Positions 43,554 to 57,077 of a stretch of 64,000 nucleotides of DNA are shown one piece after another. The stretch lies in NCBI GenBank assembly GCA_043228905.1, contig JBHGNT010000005.1, positions 12,834,001-12,898,000 on the forward strand. The letters run 5' to 3'. This DNA is from Azolla caroliniana (lineage: Eukaryota; Plantae; Polypodiophyta). Numbering within the stretch: the stretch's first letter is position 1; each line of letters opens with the position of its first letter. The notes under the pieces were generated by a model. That model saw nothing but the letters and a program-made list of their open reading frames with translations. It was not told the origin of the DNA and made no database searches. The translations under genes were made by a program, and so were the position numbers.

Positions 43554-46500
43554 ACTACAGTTCTCTGTTTGCCCGTGGTCTCCGTGCCTATGCGAAGTGT
43601 GAACTCTTCCCCCTTCATTTCCCTGATTCCTTGGTTCAAGACCCCCGTGGTCCTGCCCCATTTTCTATGCATCTGCACGGATTTCCGCGACATCTTTGGC
43701 GAACCCGACGTGAACGGGGGCGGCAAAAGAATCCAAAAATAAATAAATAAATGAGAGGGAGCGAACTTGCAGAAGCAATGGCGGTGGCGGTAGACCGCCT
43801 GGTTAGCGCTTGCGAGGGCACGAGTGCCCTCGACAGGGCCATAGAAGCAACGGTCGACAAGATAGGCCGGTTCAGTGGGAAAGACGCCACGAGCTACTTA
43901 GAAGCCTACAAATCCGAAATGCAAATGAGGGATATATCGGAGGATAGACGGCTGGTAGGGTTTCCACGGGTCGTGACGCCGAGCATCCATACGGGGATGA
44001 TCGAAATACAAGCGGGTTGCCGTGATTGGGTGGATTTCGCGGAGCAAGTTCTCGAAATGTACAGCTATGATGACTCACTCTGACTGTCGAGAAAGGACTT
44101 TGTGGATTAGGTTAACAACCCTGACAAGGGTCATAACACTTCGGTGCTCCTCCAGGAGTTCGAGTCGCGGTTCACACAGCTCTCTACGTTGGACCGGACC
44201 GTGCTCGAGACGAGTAAGGTCCTATTGTTCATTACATCGTTCAATTTGCGCATCCGCGAAAGCGTGGGCCTTCTTCTTGAAACAAACACCGGTCTCACGA
44301 TTGACTGGGCTACTGTCAAAGGAGTGTGCAGCAGGATTGACAAACGCAGAGACTGGAAAGAGAAGGGGTCCTCGCCGGCCGGACCAACTGTCAAAATTGG
44401 GGCTAAGCCGACGCCGACTCAAACGGAAGAAGCGAGGAGGTGGCTTGAGTTAGGCCCAGCCTAAGCAAATGTAGCCGCGGGGCGGGGCCTTCAGGCGGCG
44501 CAGGACTGGAAGAACTGACAAGGATGGTGCGCGACCTCTAGATCGCCCAAGCCTGACGAAGTGACGAGGGTCAGCCGCGTGACCGGCGACTGCCGGCCAA
44601 CCAAAGGTGCATATGGTGCGACGCCATCGGACATGCAAGGAGAGATTGCGCCGACTTCGGCGAAGCACTCATGAGTAATGTGATTTATCTTTCGAATGGC
44701 AGGATTCATGCGAGCGACATGCGAAGAATGCTTGATGTAAATTTTGGATGGGGTGGCATGAAGAGATTGATGGAAGAGGCTGCGGCGCGGCACGTCGAAA
44801 CCATCCACTACTCGGCTTCGGCCGGCATCCGCATAGGCGAAAAGGTGGCTAAGAACGATACAAAACCCGGGTTCTGGGTGGTGGTACCCAAGACCTTGTC
44901 CGGGGGAAGGCTGCAAAAGGAAGAAGCGGACCGCGTAGAGGAGCGTTGCATGAGGTCACTGGCTGGAGTGACCTAGTTGAAGAAAACACCGACTTTGTGG
45001 AAGCTGCGTGCAGGAACTATGAAGCTCTGATTGACGAAAGGCGAGCCAGAAAGACTGGGGGGGTGGGCCCTTTGGGGAGGTATGACACCTGAGGTGGGTC
45101 CTAGGAGAAGGAAAAGGGCAGGGGTCCAAGCTTCCGATTAAGCTCGGAGATCGAGAAAACGACGAACCTACAGAAGGTTCTAGAGGGACGAGTTCTCGAT
45201 AGTCGCATAGAACCCACGCTAAGGGAAGTGCTTGGAATAGCGAGAAGGGAATTCCACGATAGCATCGTGGATCTTGTACAAAGAAAGCGTCTCGCAATGG
45301 AACCGGAACTCGAGAAGTTGGTTGAAGTAAGGGCGGGCCTCCTTGACGAGATGGCTGTGAAAGACAAGCTTGTGGAAAGCCACTACACCAGGCCACACTG
45401 GGGAAGAGCGACTACGGAAACCCTGGTTCACATCGGGGATGTGAAGGAACCGGTGGTAGCGTTGATCAACCATGGGTCGGAAATTAACCTAATGTCTATG
45501 GACTTCTACAAAAAGGGGAAATGGCCGATCAACACCCAATACGGGTGGAAGATACGTGCGACTATGAGAGCCACAGAAGAACTACACGAGGCTTGCCTGA
45601 ACGTCAAAGTGGGCGTCAGAGAAGTCGACATAAACCAACACTTTTTCGTGCAAGAAACGTCTTCCCACCTGGTCATCCTCGGCGAACCATACATCACGGC
45701 GGCTAGAATGGAGACGAAAGTGCTGGACGATAGCTCGGCTTACGCAAGGGTAAAAAGTCAGGACAACCGTCATTTCATCCAGTTTTTTACTGTGAGGAAG
45801 AATCATGAGCGGCATAGGGACACCCTCGGAAATAATGACCGGGTGGATTTTTAGGAAGGGCTATCAAGGCGTGGGGCCGCGATAGTCCGGATGGCCGGGA
45901 AATTCCCCACACCTATAATATAGGTAGGAAAATTTTGTTCTCCGACAACGAGGGTTGTACCATAATCGGCATTAGTGGCCGAGAAAGGAAATGGGCCGAG
46001 ATGTGCTTAAAGGCGTGTGGAGCCTTGAGCCACAACGAAAGAATTGGGGAAGCCGTGGAGGCGGTCTTGCTTGATGACACCCTTGGAGAAGTCGGGAGGG
46101 TAGTCGAAGGAGGCCTGAGCGAAGACCGGGTCATACCGGTCATCTCGGTTGACATGTATGAAGTCATTGCGGACTTTGAAAGGGAAACTAGGGTGCATTA
46201 GATCACCCGGGTAGACACCAAGTACAAGATTGTGGACCGAAAGGTGAAGCCTGTCGAGGCTCCCTTACCGGAGGGCAGATGGGAACGAATTAAGAGGGTC
46301 GCTACGACCCCAGCTTGCGAGATCCGGCCAGCATAGGACACCGTTTCACCGACAAAACGCTACGAGAGCTGAAGATTGGTGGGGGTGGCTTCCTACTGCC
46401 GACGGAAGAGGACTGATTCAGGAGGATGCTCGAGAGACACGGGAAAGCCTTCGCATTCTCGCCAGGAGAGATCGGGTGCGTCAACCCGACCATTGTCGAA
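43040..46500 (+). mobile_element. Family-W element C inserted in the RT region of B. 5' LTR 43040-43692, PBS(Trp) 43697-43714, degenerate gag-PR 43751-45854, truncated at the start of RT
   Basis: TGTCGTG...CGCGACA, TGGCGAACCCGACGTGAA, left flank ACGC. Pol homology stops at ~46500. Confidence 0.85.
45845..45910 (+). other. -1 frameshift signal of element C
   Basis: G_GAT_TTT_TAG. GGGCTATC 45858-45865 with GATAGTCC 45881-45888. GTGGGG 45871-45876 with CCCCAC 45905-45910. Confidence 0.8.
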
Positions 46501-47109
46501 CCGATACCGAATCGGGAGACCGGGGACAATATCTTCGGGAGCGAGGAGTCGGGTGGGGATTGGACCAACAGCGGATCGGGAGAAGATAAGTAAAGGTTGG
46601 GTTGGAATCTCCACCATTACACTACTTGGCACATGCTGGAGGATATGCGGTTTGGTGAGGGTGGATGTGGTGAAGGATTCTGGCCATAAAGAGAAATAGA
46701 GCCAAGTGCACGTTGTCGTGAAGATTTTCGGCAATAGTGTGAAAATCCCATAAAACGTACAAAATCGAGTATGAATCATGTAATACAATAATTGTGAAGA
46801 TAACATTTGTAATATCTAAGTACAAAATGATGGAGGTTTCGAATGCACTTTATTACACGAGAAATGGACAACTAAATGTCAAGATATGAGGGTATAAAGT
46901 TTGTGAAAAGAAAAGAGAAAATTGTGAGATATCCCACATAGGCACGACAAATACGGCTCTCATCATATATAAGGTGGAGCAAAAGATATTATCTTTGTGT
47001 CTATGTGTGGAGCATAGAGAGTTCAAGGTAACTTGAACTTAGAGTGGAGGTGGCTAGCTACTCGTAAAGGGTTTTGGCCAACCAAAACCGGACCGGCGAT
47101 GGAGCCGGT

Positions 47110-47262
47110 GATCCGACGGCATCCGACCGCAATCCGATGGCGGCATCCGGCGTCGATATCCGGTGTCGGTGTCGGCATCTGGCGGCGGCACCGGTATCCG
47201 GCATCCGGCGTCGGCGTCGGCATCCGGCGTCGGCATCCGGCGACGGTATCCGACGAACCGGC
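47110..47262. repeat. GC-rich CGG(C/T)(A/G)T hexamer array in the G 5' LTR, much shorter in the 3' LTR
   Basis: Repeated CGGCAT/CGGCGT/CGGTGT. The 3' LTR copy (~53990-54045) is ~100 bp shorter. Confidence 0.85.
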
Positions 47263-47302
47263 GACTAGATAAAATAAATATATAAAAATATATACATATA
47301 CA

Positions 47303-47373
47303 AGGAGGGCAAGTATGGATTTGAGCCTTGCACCTCCAAGTTAGGAGTCAAATGGCTTACCATTAAGCCATAG
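47303..47373 (-). other. tRNA-like Pol III-type cassette in the G LTR (second copy ~54090-54160)
   Basis: Minus strand: A box TGGCTTAATGG with a GCTT/AAGC D-stem, and B box GGCTCAAATCC. Confidence 0.55.
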
Positions 47374-47838
47374 TATTTAATTGAAATTATATTTCTATCA
47401 TTGTACTTTTACATGTAAATTCTCATCCATGAGTGCTAAAATGAGTGACATGGTTAGCATGCACCACATGTAATACTTAAGCGCCAAATGGCAAACATGC
47501 AATTTATGCATGTCTTGTACCCTCACATGCATCATATGCATGAGAGCATCTATAAAAGAGGGAAGGGGGAGGAGAAAAACACGGTTTTTTTGTATGAAAA
47601 TTAAGAGGAAGAAATTCGTTATCAAATCAATTGTGTAATCTCAACTTCTCTCTTTCCCAATCTATCTTAAGTACTTTCTCGCCAAAGCTTGTATCGACTC
47701 TAAATCCTTCCGGTCCAGAACCCCGGCGGTTCTGCCTCACGATTCGCGCGTAGTGACGGATCTTCACGACATAATTAAGTGGTGAATCCGACGTGAAAGA
47801 GGCGGTAGGAAGGATCAAGTCGAGATTAATACTTGGAG

Positions 47839-50036
47839 ATGGCGTCCTCAAGCAACCAAGCAGGAGAGTTCGAAAGGATGATGCTAATCGTCGAGCAAAT
47901 GATGAGATCTCGAGACAACGACGCGAGCGTGGAGAAGGCTGTCGATCGTGTCGTAGAGCTCGAGGGCCAATTCAATGGAAGGAACGTTACGAAGTTCCTT
48001 GATGCATATAAGAGGGAGATGAATCAAAGGGACGTGTCCGAGGCACGTCAAATCGCAAGCTTCAAGAGAGTTGTCGCCAACAACATCCAAAGACGCGTCA
48101 TCGAGCTTCAAGAAGGAAAGACAACATGGTCCGAGTTCGAGAAAACGATACTAGCGGAGTTCGTGACTGAAGACTCAACGAGGATGACTCGACATGCCTT
48201 GATGAAGTGGATAGAGACGAAGAATAAGAAGATGAGCGTCTCGAGGGTGTACGACGAATTCGACCAGATGTTTAGTCGTCTCCCAATACAGACCAAGTGT
48301 TGCTTGAAGAGGACAAGACTTTGTACTTCTTGAAGGCCGTGGACATAAAGGATAGACGGGAGTTGGGGACTCTTCTCGAAGATGATACCCAAGCAAATGG
48401 GCTCGTAGCAGACTGGATCGCGGTGAAGCGGGCATGCAATAGGCTCGACAAGCGTCGCCAATGGGTTGATGACACCGACTTGATGGGACCGACTACCACG
48501 GAGAAAGCAAGACCGCCGAAAGTAGCTGAGCCGCCGAGACAAAGTAACATGGAAGAAAAGAAGATTGATGACGACATTATTGAAGAGCTAGCGAAGAAGT
48601 TCGAGAAGGTCACGCTAGCCAACATGAATCGTCGGGGCCCTAAAGGAAAAGAACCCTTTAGATGCGTGTGGTGCGATAGCATGGACCACATGAGAAGGGA
48701 TTGTGCGAGCCTTCGAGAGGCGATTCGACAAAATATCGTATACATAGAGGACAACATGATCTGCCCAAGCGAGACTAGAAGACCCCTACGGGTGAATTTC
48801 GGAAGAGGAGGAATGAAGAGATCTATGGAGGATGCCGATGCGACTCATGTGGATGCGATGCACTATGCTGCGTCGGCCGGAATAAGAGTCGGGAAAGACA
48901 AGACTGAAGCTGCTAGAGCGGGAGCAAAGTTTTGGACTTCCGTTCTCGAATATGAGAAGAAGGGAAAAGTCACATCGAACGAGGTAGAGCTTGCAGACCG
49001 AAACGTGCAAAGCATAACCGGGTGGTCGGATCCGGTGGACGACAACACCATACTCGCAGAGGTGATGTGCGACAACCACGAGGTGTTCGTCGAAGAAAAG
49101 AGAAAGAGAATAGAAGAGCATGGCCCATCTAAAAGACATGAAACAAGGAACGCGAAAAAGAAGGATGATGCGGAGATGAGTCGACCTTTACAAACGGAGG
49201 AACGAGAATCAAGCCGAAAAGGGGAGCCGAGCGAACGAGTTGAAGAAACGGTTCGGCCCGTGAAGGTTGGTGTCGAAGACCCCGCTCGGAGGACAAGGAC
49301 CATACCTACCTATAAGCTAAGGTCGGATATAGAGCAGACGACGGACCTAAAGAAGATTCTCGAAGAACGAGTTCTTGATAGCCACGTAACTTTGTCCTTG
49401 AGGGAATTGCTTGGCATTACGAAGAAGGAGTTCCATGACACGATCGTGGACCTTGTAAAGAGAAAGAGACAACAATCGGACGAGGAAGAAGAGAAGCCGC
49501 AAAAAGCAAAAACGAATGCCATAACAATGGCAAGAGACGAAATCGATGAAGATATGGTGGACAGCCACTACACTCGACCTCATTAGGCACGAGCGACAAC
49601 GGAGACGCCGGTGAAGATCGGGGAGAAGAAAGAGACAGTCGTAGCCTTGATCGACCACGGCTCGGAGATCAACCTCATGTCAACCGACTTCTACAAAAAG
49701 GGAAGATGGCCAATCAATACAAACCACGGATGGAAGATTCGCGCGGCAACAAAGTCTACGGAGGACTTGTACGGAGCTTGTCCCAATGTCAAAGTCACGA
49801 TCGGGGATGTGGAGATGGATCAACACTTCTTCGTACAAGAATCAGCGTCGCATCCTGTCATCCTAGGGCAACCTTATATCACATCATCTCGGATGGAGAC
49901 CAAAGTGTTCGATAATGGAGCAGCCTTCGCACGAATAAAGAGTCTTGACAACCAAAGATCGGTCCAATTCCTAACGGTGCGAGCCAATCATGAAAGGAAT
50001 CGAGATAGTCTCGGAGGCGAATTCTCGGATTTTTAG
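47839..50036 (+). pseudogene. Gag-protease ORF1 of G (one frameshift near 48290; TGG>TAG at 49584)
   Basis: CVWCDSMDHMRRDC zinc knuckle and ALIDHGSEIN protease. Ends GAT TTT TAG. Confidence 0.9.
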
Positions 50037-50089
50037 AGCGGACTATTGAAGCATGGGGCACAAATAGTCCGAGCAATCACAAGACCCCA
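50027..50089 (+). other. -1 frameshift signal of element G
   Basis: G_GAT_TTT_TAG. GGACTATT 50040-50047 with AATAGTCC 50063-50070. TGGGG 50054-50058 with CCCCA 50085-50089. Confidence 0.8.
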
Positions 50090-53000
50090 CAAGAAAGAAG
50101 AGCATGTGGATTGCAAGGAGAAGCAACATGTGTCACACCTAGTGGCGCATGTAAACTAGTACTACCCGACAAGAAGCACAAGAGCTGGATACAAGAATTC
50201 GAGAAGATGCTGAAAGAAGAGAACATAATAGAAGAAGGGGAGTTCGTGACTCATATTATGGAAGAAGCCTCATTTAACGACACCATCGGCGAAATCGAGG
50301 ACGTCGTGGACTTGAGCTATCATCACAACCAATGCGTGATTTCGGTTAACTCCGTCAACATGTACACTATCATCGATGAATACCGTCGTGGCATCTCGAT
50401 GAAGGAAGCTGACATCAACACGAAATATAAAACGGTGGATAAGAAGATCAAGCTAGTTGCGGTTCCACTACCGGAAGATAGCTTGCAAAAGATGAAGGAA
50501 GTCGCTAACGATCCAAGCTTAAGAGATCCGAAGAAGATAGGTCATGACTTCACAAAAGAGACGAAGGGGAAGCTATGAGTTGGAAAGGAGGATTTCCTTC
50601 TCCCTGAAGAGGAGCGAATGTTTCGCGATATGCTTGAGAGACATGGGAAGGCTTTCGCATTCTTCCCACGAGAAATCGGATGCGCCGACCCAAAGGTTAT
50701 AGAGCCAATGGTGATCTTCACGGTGCCCCATGTGCCTTGGAATTTGAAACCGATACCGGTTCCGAGAGCACACCTTCCGAAGCTGATCGAGCTCTTAAAA
50801 GAAAAGGTGAGTATGGGAATTCTAGAACCGTCGAATGATCCTTATTCCAATAGGTGGTTCACGGTGCCGAAGAAGAATGGATCATTGCGATTCATCCAAG
50901 ATCTTCAACCCGTCAACAAGGTGACAATTCGAAATGCCGGAATCGGTCCGAGCGTGGACGAATTTGCCGAAGCGTTTGCGGGCCGGTCCATCTACTCCAT
51001 TGGCGATCTCTACTCCGGATATGACCAATTCCAATTGGCGATCGACAGTCGGGACATTACAACCATGAGGACTCCGATTGGGCTTGTGCGGATGTGTACC
51101 TTACCCCAAGGCGCAACGAACTCGGTGGCTCATATGGTGAATGCCATGAATAAAGTCTTGAAGGATTGCATTCCGGACATCACGATGCCATTCTTGGATG
51201 ATATTCCGATAAAAGGATGTTCAGATGAGGAGAAAGATGAATCGAAAGATAAGGAAGGTTGTAGAAAGTTCGTTGCGGATCATATGAAAGATTGCGAGAA
51301 GGTGCTTCAAAGGCTCGAAGATGCGAATTTGACATTTTCGGGAGAAAAATCCGCATTCGGGCAACCGGAGATCTTGGTGGTAGGTCACTTGTGTGGAGCA
51401 TATGGCCGAAAGCCCTCGCCATCCAAAGTGAATGCAATCCAAGACATGAAAGAAGAATGCGAAAACCAAACGGAGGTTCGAAGGTTCCTTGGAGCGTGCG
51501 CGTTTTATCATATATGGATTCCTCACTACGCTCATGTCGCCGAACCGTTATATGGACTACTAAAGAAAAGAATAAAGTTCGAATGGTGAGACGAGCACAC
51601 AGAGGCGATGCGAAGATAAAAGAATCTGCTTCTTGAAGCTCCGGCACTAAGGAAGGCCGACTATGCTGAAGGGAAACCAATTTACGTGACCGTAGATACG
51701 AGCCCAACCGGAATCGGGTGGGTCATCAATCAAGAAGGTGAAGATAATGCGCGATATGCCGTCCGGTTCGGAGCAAAGGTTCTCAGCGAACGGCAACAAA
51801 GATATGCCCAAGTCAAGCGGGAACTTTGGGGTATTGTGTCGGCAGTGAAGACGGACAAAGATTACTTGATCGGGTCAGAAGTGATAATAGAGACAGATTG
51901 TCTCCCAATTCTCGGAATGGTCTTGGGATGTGCGACCCCCGATCTTGCTATGCTAAGGTGGATTGCCTACATCAAGTCTTTAAACCCAGAGATCCGTCAC
52001 ATCGTAGGGAAGAAGAACGCCATGGCTGACATGCTGTCGAGGGCAAGATTTTCAAATGGAAGTAACATGGTTTCGGAAGATGAAGATGTCGCCCTCGACT
52101 TCTTCAAGATGGCTCGATTGTCAGCGGAAGACCAGGACACGCAAACCCTCCACGCCTTCAACGAGAACGAGTACGAAGGAGAGTGGTTACTCATCGGTAG
52201 ATTCCTAAGAACATTGACGGCAGATGCTTCGTTGACAAAGGAGGAGGCCCTACGAATCCGAAAGAAAGCTTACCGATACTTCTTGAAGGGAGGATTCCTT
52301 TGGCGACATCCAAAAAGAAGGACAGGAATACCACGTCGAGTGGTGGTAAAGAAAGAAGAGCAAGAGACACTAATGAACGAATTCCACGAGAGTGCTTGGG
52401 CAGGTCATAGAGGAACATGGGCGACGTTCGAAAAGTTGAAGGAGAAGTACTGGTGGCCAAGCATGTACAAAGATGTACTCCATTTCGTGTCCACATGCGA
52501 AACTTGCCAAGTATATTCAAATATACATCATCGTGATGAGTTAAAGCCGACATACCCACTCACCATACACTTCAAATGGATGGTGGATCTGGTCTCGATG
52601 CCAATGGGAGTGGGACAAATGAAGTACTTAGCGTTGGCAAGGGAAGACTTGACAAATCAAGTGGAAGGACGAGCCTTAACAAATAAGACGACTTCAGCCG
52701 TTTGCAAATTTCTACTTGAAGCTGTTGTTTGCCGATATGGATGTGTAGGGAAGATAGTGGCCGACCGAGGGGAGTTGGACGCGCAAGAAGCGACGGAGCT
52801 CTTCGAAAGACTAGGCGTGAAGCTCTCCCTCACGACTGCCTACAATCCGGAAGCAAATGGGAAGATCGAGCGAGGGCATGGACCTATCGTTAAAGCCATC
52901 GTACGGGCATGCAACGGTCGAGTCGGGAATTGGCCACGACTATTACCCTATGCCTTGTGGGCCGATAGAACGACACATAGCTCGGTGACAGGGTATATGC

Positions 53001-53521
53001 CGACGGAGCTTATGTATGGACAAAAGCCGATTATGCCCATCGAAAGGACGATCGCCTCATGGGTAGCGATACCGTGGGGGAACGAGATGAGCCGAGAAGA
53101 GTTATTAGTGGCGCGGATAAGGCAACTTGAAAGAAGACCTGAAGATTTAGAAAAAGCGCGAAAGATGATGAAGGCAGCCCGAGTAAAGAACAAAGTTCGG
53201 TTCGACAACACGCATCGACTTCGTCCCAAGAAGATTGAAGAAGGGGATTGGGTTTTAGTTTACGACAGCACCCTTGACAATCAACATAGTACAACAAGGA
53301 AGTTCGCAAGAAGATGGTTCGGGCCGTATGTAGTGACAAGTGCCAACGATAATGCCACATACCACCTTGCGGAACTAGACCGATCAAGGTTGGCCATACC
53401 CATTGCGGGAAAAAGAGTAAAGCTTTTCAAGAAAAGACAAGACAAGGATCCTGACCTCGATTACCTCGACGATGAACATAATAGGCCGGATGAAAATAAA
53501 GACATGGAGGAATCTAATTGA
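50027..53521 (+). pseudogene. Pol ORF2 of G in the -1 frame (unknown N-terminal domain, RT, RH, IN) with premature stops
   Basis: ORFs 50111-50578, 50618-51589 and 51686-53521 share one frame that is open from the heptamer. Highly similar to 1302-4262. Confidence 0.92.
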
Positions 53522-56500
53522 TTATCGTAGCCGAAATCTCACTTCTTCTCTTCTTGGCACGTACCGGAGGATGTGCGGTTTGGTGGGGGTGGATGTCGTG
53601 AAGATTTTCGGCAATAGTGTGAAAATCCCATAAAACGTACAAAATCGAGTATGAATCATGTAATACAATAATTGTGAAGATAACATTTTTAATATCTAAG
53701 TACAAAATGATGGAGGTTTCGAATGCACTTTATTACACGAGAAATGGACAACTAAATGTCAAGATATGAGGGTATAAAGTTTGTGAAAAGAAAAGAGAAA
53801 ATTGTGAGATATCCCACATAGGCATGAAAAATACGGCTCTCATCATATATAAGGTGGAGCAAAAGATATTATCTTTGTGTCTATGTGTGGAGCATAGAGA
53901 GTTCAAGGTAACTTGAACTTAGAGTGGAGGTGGCTAGCTACTCGTAAAGGGTTTTGGCCAACCAAAACCGGACCGGCGATGGAGCCGGTGATCCGACGGC
54001 AATTCGATGGCGGCATCCGGCGACGGTATCTGGCGAACCAGCGACTAGATAAAATAAATATATAAAAATATATACATATTTACATATACAAGGAGGGCAA
54101 GTATGGATTTGAGCCTTGCACCTCCAAGTTAGGAGTCAAATGGCTTACCATTAAGCCATAGTATTTAATTGAAATTATATTTCTATCATTGTACTTTTAC
54201 ATGTAAATTCTCATCCATGAGTGCTAAAATGAGTGACATGGTTAGCATGCACCACATGTAATACTTAAGCGCCAAATGGCAAACATGCAATTTATGCATG
54301 TCTTGTACCCTCACATGCATCATATGCATGAGAGCATCTATAAAAGAGGGAAGGGGGAGGAGAAAAACACGGTTTTTTTGTATGAAAATTAAGAGGAAGA
54401 AATTCGTTATCAAATCAATTGTGTAATCTCAACTTCTCTCTTTCCCAATCTATCTTAAGTACTTTCTCGCCAAAGCTTGTATCGACTCTAAATCCTTCTG
54501 GTCCAGAACCCCGGCGGTTCTGCCTCACGATTCGCACGTAGTGACGGATCTTCACGACAACGTGAACAGGTGTATGCACCGATGCACACGAATCAAGTAT
54601 TATGTACCAACATAATGTAAATAACATAGGACTAGTAAGTACTAGGTAGTAGAATTTAATGAGGTACTTTAAAGTCCCACACACACACAAAGAAATCAGG
54701 GAAGGGGAAATATCTGACACCGATCACGATGTAACGGTCTCCTGTTGTGCTATAAAACGGAAGGCTTGAGGCTATTTTAGGAATCCGGTTTTGGGGAGGA
54801 CGAAGTGCTGTTGGTTTGTGGGCCGAGCTCTCTCTCTCTCTGCCATTCGAACCATTGCTTCCATGTGACTTAGCTCACTATTGTCTGCCGGAATAGTAAC
54901 CGACGGATAGAAGCGAAGAAGTATTATAATATAGTAAAAGCGTAAGAAACGTATGTAACGGTTCACGCGGGAAGCATGAACGGCTAAAAGACCCTGTGTA
55001 TATAAAGGGCAAAAAGCCTCTGTAAGAGGTAGCGTGTAATTTAGGTACATAGAGCGTTATTCTAATAGAGTACTATCTTCTCTGATTTTTGTGCATATCT
55101 GTGGTTGATCTACTGTGTTCTTCGATTCTCTGTGGCATATTGTAATCGTAAGGGCGTAGGCGTAAGTGTGGTTACTAGTGCATTGTCTAAGGAGTTCGGT
55201 TGTAGCCGTCTCCCTTATACACTACTAGGATATGGGGAAGTATCCCATTACGTATTACGGTACGATGGTACCATTCTTTGCAACGCGGGCATCTTGAGGT
55301 CTAGGTTGAAGGACTGACCGTAGACAGTGTTCCTAATCGGTAACATGTTTGGCACGCGTGGTGATCTGTGTCTTCTCACAGACGAACATCGACGAATGGA
55401 TGTTTATCCGTAGATGTCCTAGAGAACCAACATGACAAGACCGACCAATCACAAGGTCCATCACACGCTAGGCAGAGGAATGCGCAAGGCGAAAACCTCG
55501 CCTTAGTGACCTCAGTGATATTTGTTGGAACCACAAAGTCGATTTCCCGCTCACCAGATACCCCGGCGACAAGCAGTAAGTTCGGTCACCACATAAGCAG
55601 TGTGGTCTTTCCCTGGTCACCGTAGCTCCCCGCTTCAACGACGAAACAGACGCCGCAACCCACATTCGCCTGTTCCTGAATGTTTGGAATGAAAATCACA
55701 TGGTGCAGAGACGTCCTGAAGAGGTGGTGCACCAGTCCAGAATGACAGAGTTCGGATTAACTCTGGATGGGAGAGCGACATTTGGGCATTCACAGATGGA
55801 TCTGCCAGCAATCACGACCTTCGACCAACTACAATCGGCCTTTTTGCGTTTCTTTCATCAGAGGGTGTTGCAACACGAAATCCTCGGGCAGTTCTATACA
55901 ATCAAACAGTTGCCGACCGAGACTGTAGCAGACTTCAGTTTACGTTCCAAAATCTGCGGCGGAAATTAGAATGGGGCCCGATAGAGGACGAGGCTCGGGA
56001 GACATTTTTGGCAGCTTTACGACGGCCGATACGGATGACGCTCAACAACAATAGCGTGAAAGGAGAAACAATCAATATGGTCATAGAACGGGCGCTACAT
56101 CTCGAGTTGGGCAAAGAAGAGGAAAGGTTTTCCATTTCCTCATTACGACAAGCGTTACCTCAAGACGACGAACGACATTTTTGCCAGGAAATCCAGTGCA
56201 CGATTTGCCTCAATTCTGGGCATTTCGCAGTAGAATGCAACATGAGAATCCACTGCCCAATTTGTCACTCGAAAGCACACACGGTCAAGCAGTGTGAGTA
56301 CAATATGTGGAACAGACCCACGCCCACAATATGAAGCGTGGAAACACAACGCCCACCTCGCCGTAATGAGCAAAGGTGCCAAGAAGAACGACCCCGGTAT
56401 ACGGATCGGAACCCACACAATGACCAACACTACCAGAATCGCCGTAATAACAACGATTCCGAGGAAGAAGAGCCGGAGGACGAAGACTACCGGGGCAACC

Positions 56501-57077
56501 ACAGATATAATAAAGGAGGCAGATGCTACGAGAATTACCGTTCGACGAACAAACGTGGTGGCTTCAATGGGCCTCGCGGGAAACATCGTCAATATCGGGA
56601 CCAACGGCGGTACAATGAAAGTTCGGACGATGATCGGCACCAGTAGCCGCGTCGGAGCCGGGACCAACAACAACCACCACGAACGTTCAGAAGAATGAAC
56701 CAAGACCGGGAGGAGCAAGTCACACCTGGGGATAGGAACACGCCACTAGTTGCCGAGAAAGGCAAATCCAGCATCCATTGTTTCATTTTCCAACAGCCCG
56801 GACATTACGCCACTCAATGTCCACTCCGCAAGGGCAAGGGGCCCGCCATCAATACGATTATGGCAGAAGTTCAACAAGTTACGACAAGACAGCAAACGAA
56901 AAATGTTGATTGGGCCGCACAAGATGAGATACGTCAGACGGCCCAAGCATGGGTCGAAAAAGCGAACGCGGAAAATACGGAACGCATGCGGCAGGAGTTC
57001 GCGAACAATGTGGGGCCATTGGAGGAAAATGTAATATCTCCGGATCCCATATGGCTATCATGAACACATGACCATTA

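Larger units (their letters stand above)
46714..54559 (+). mobile_element. Full-length family-W Gypsy element G. LTRs 46714-47771 and 53594-54559; PBS(Trp) 47780-47797; 4-bp TSD ACGT
   Basis: LTR pair TGTCGTG...CACGACA. ACGT at 46710-46713 and 54560-54563. PBS TGGTGAATCCGACGTGAA. G-rich tract at 53577-53593. Confidence 0.96.
25163..54840 (+). mobile_element. Old family-W Gypsy element B, host of the whole nest. 5' LTR 25163-25864; gag 25910-26129 continuing 39736-43039 (gag-PR-RT); integrase tail ~46505-46590; 3' LTR starts 46666 and is split by G and H
   Basis: The gag frame is contiguous across 26129/39736 by comparison with 43960-43995. The LTR at 46666-46713 plus 54564-54840 aligns with 25163-25450 (roughly 90% by eye). 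Confidence 0.8.

Noticed and set aside
47303-47373. Functional tRNA genes in LTRs (also 8482-8550 and 57078-57146)
   Set aside because: Acceptor, anticodon and T stems do not pair fully; kept only as tRNA-like cassettes.
53521-53593. env-like or extra ORF after pol in family W
   Set aside because: Only ~70-80 bp separate the pol stop from the 3' LTR in A and G.
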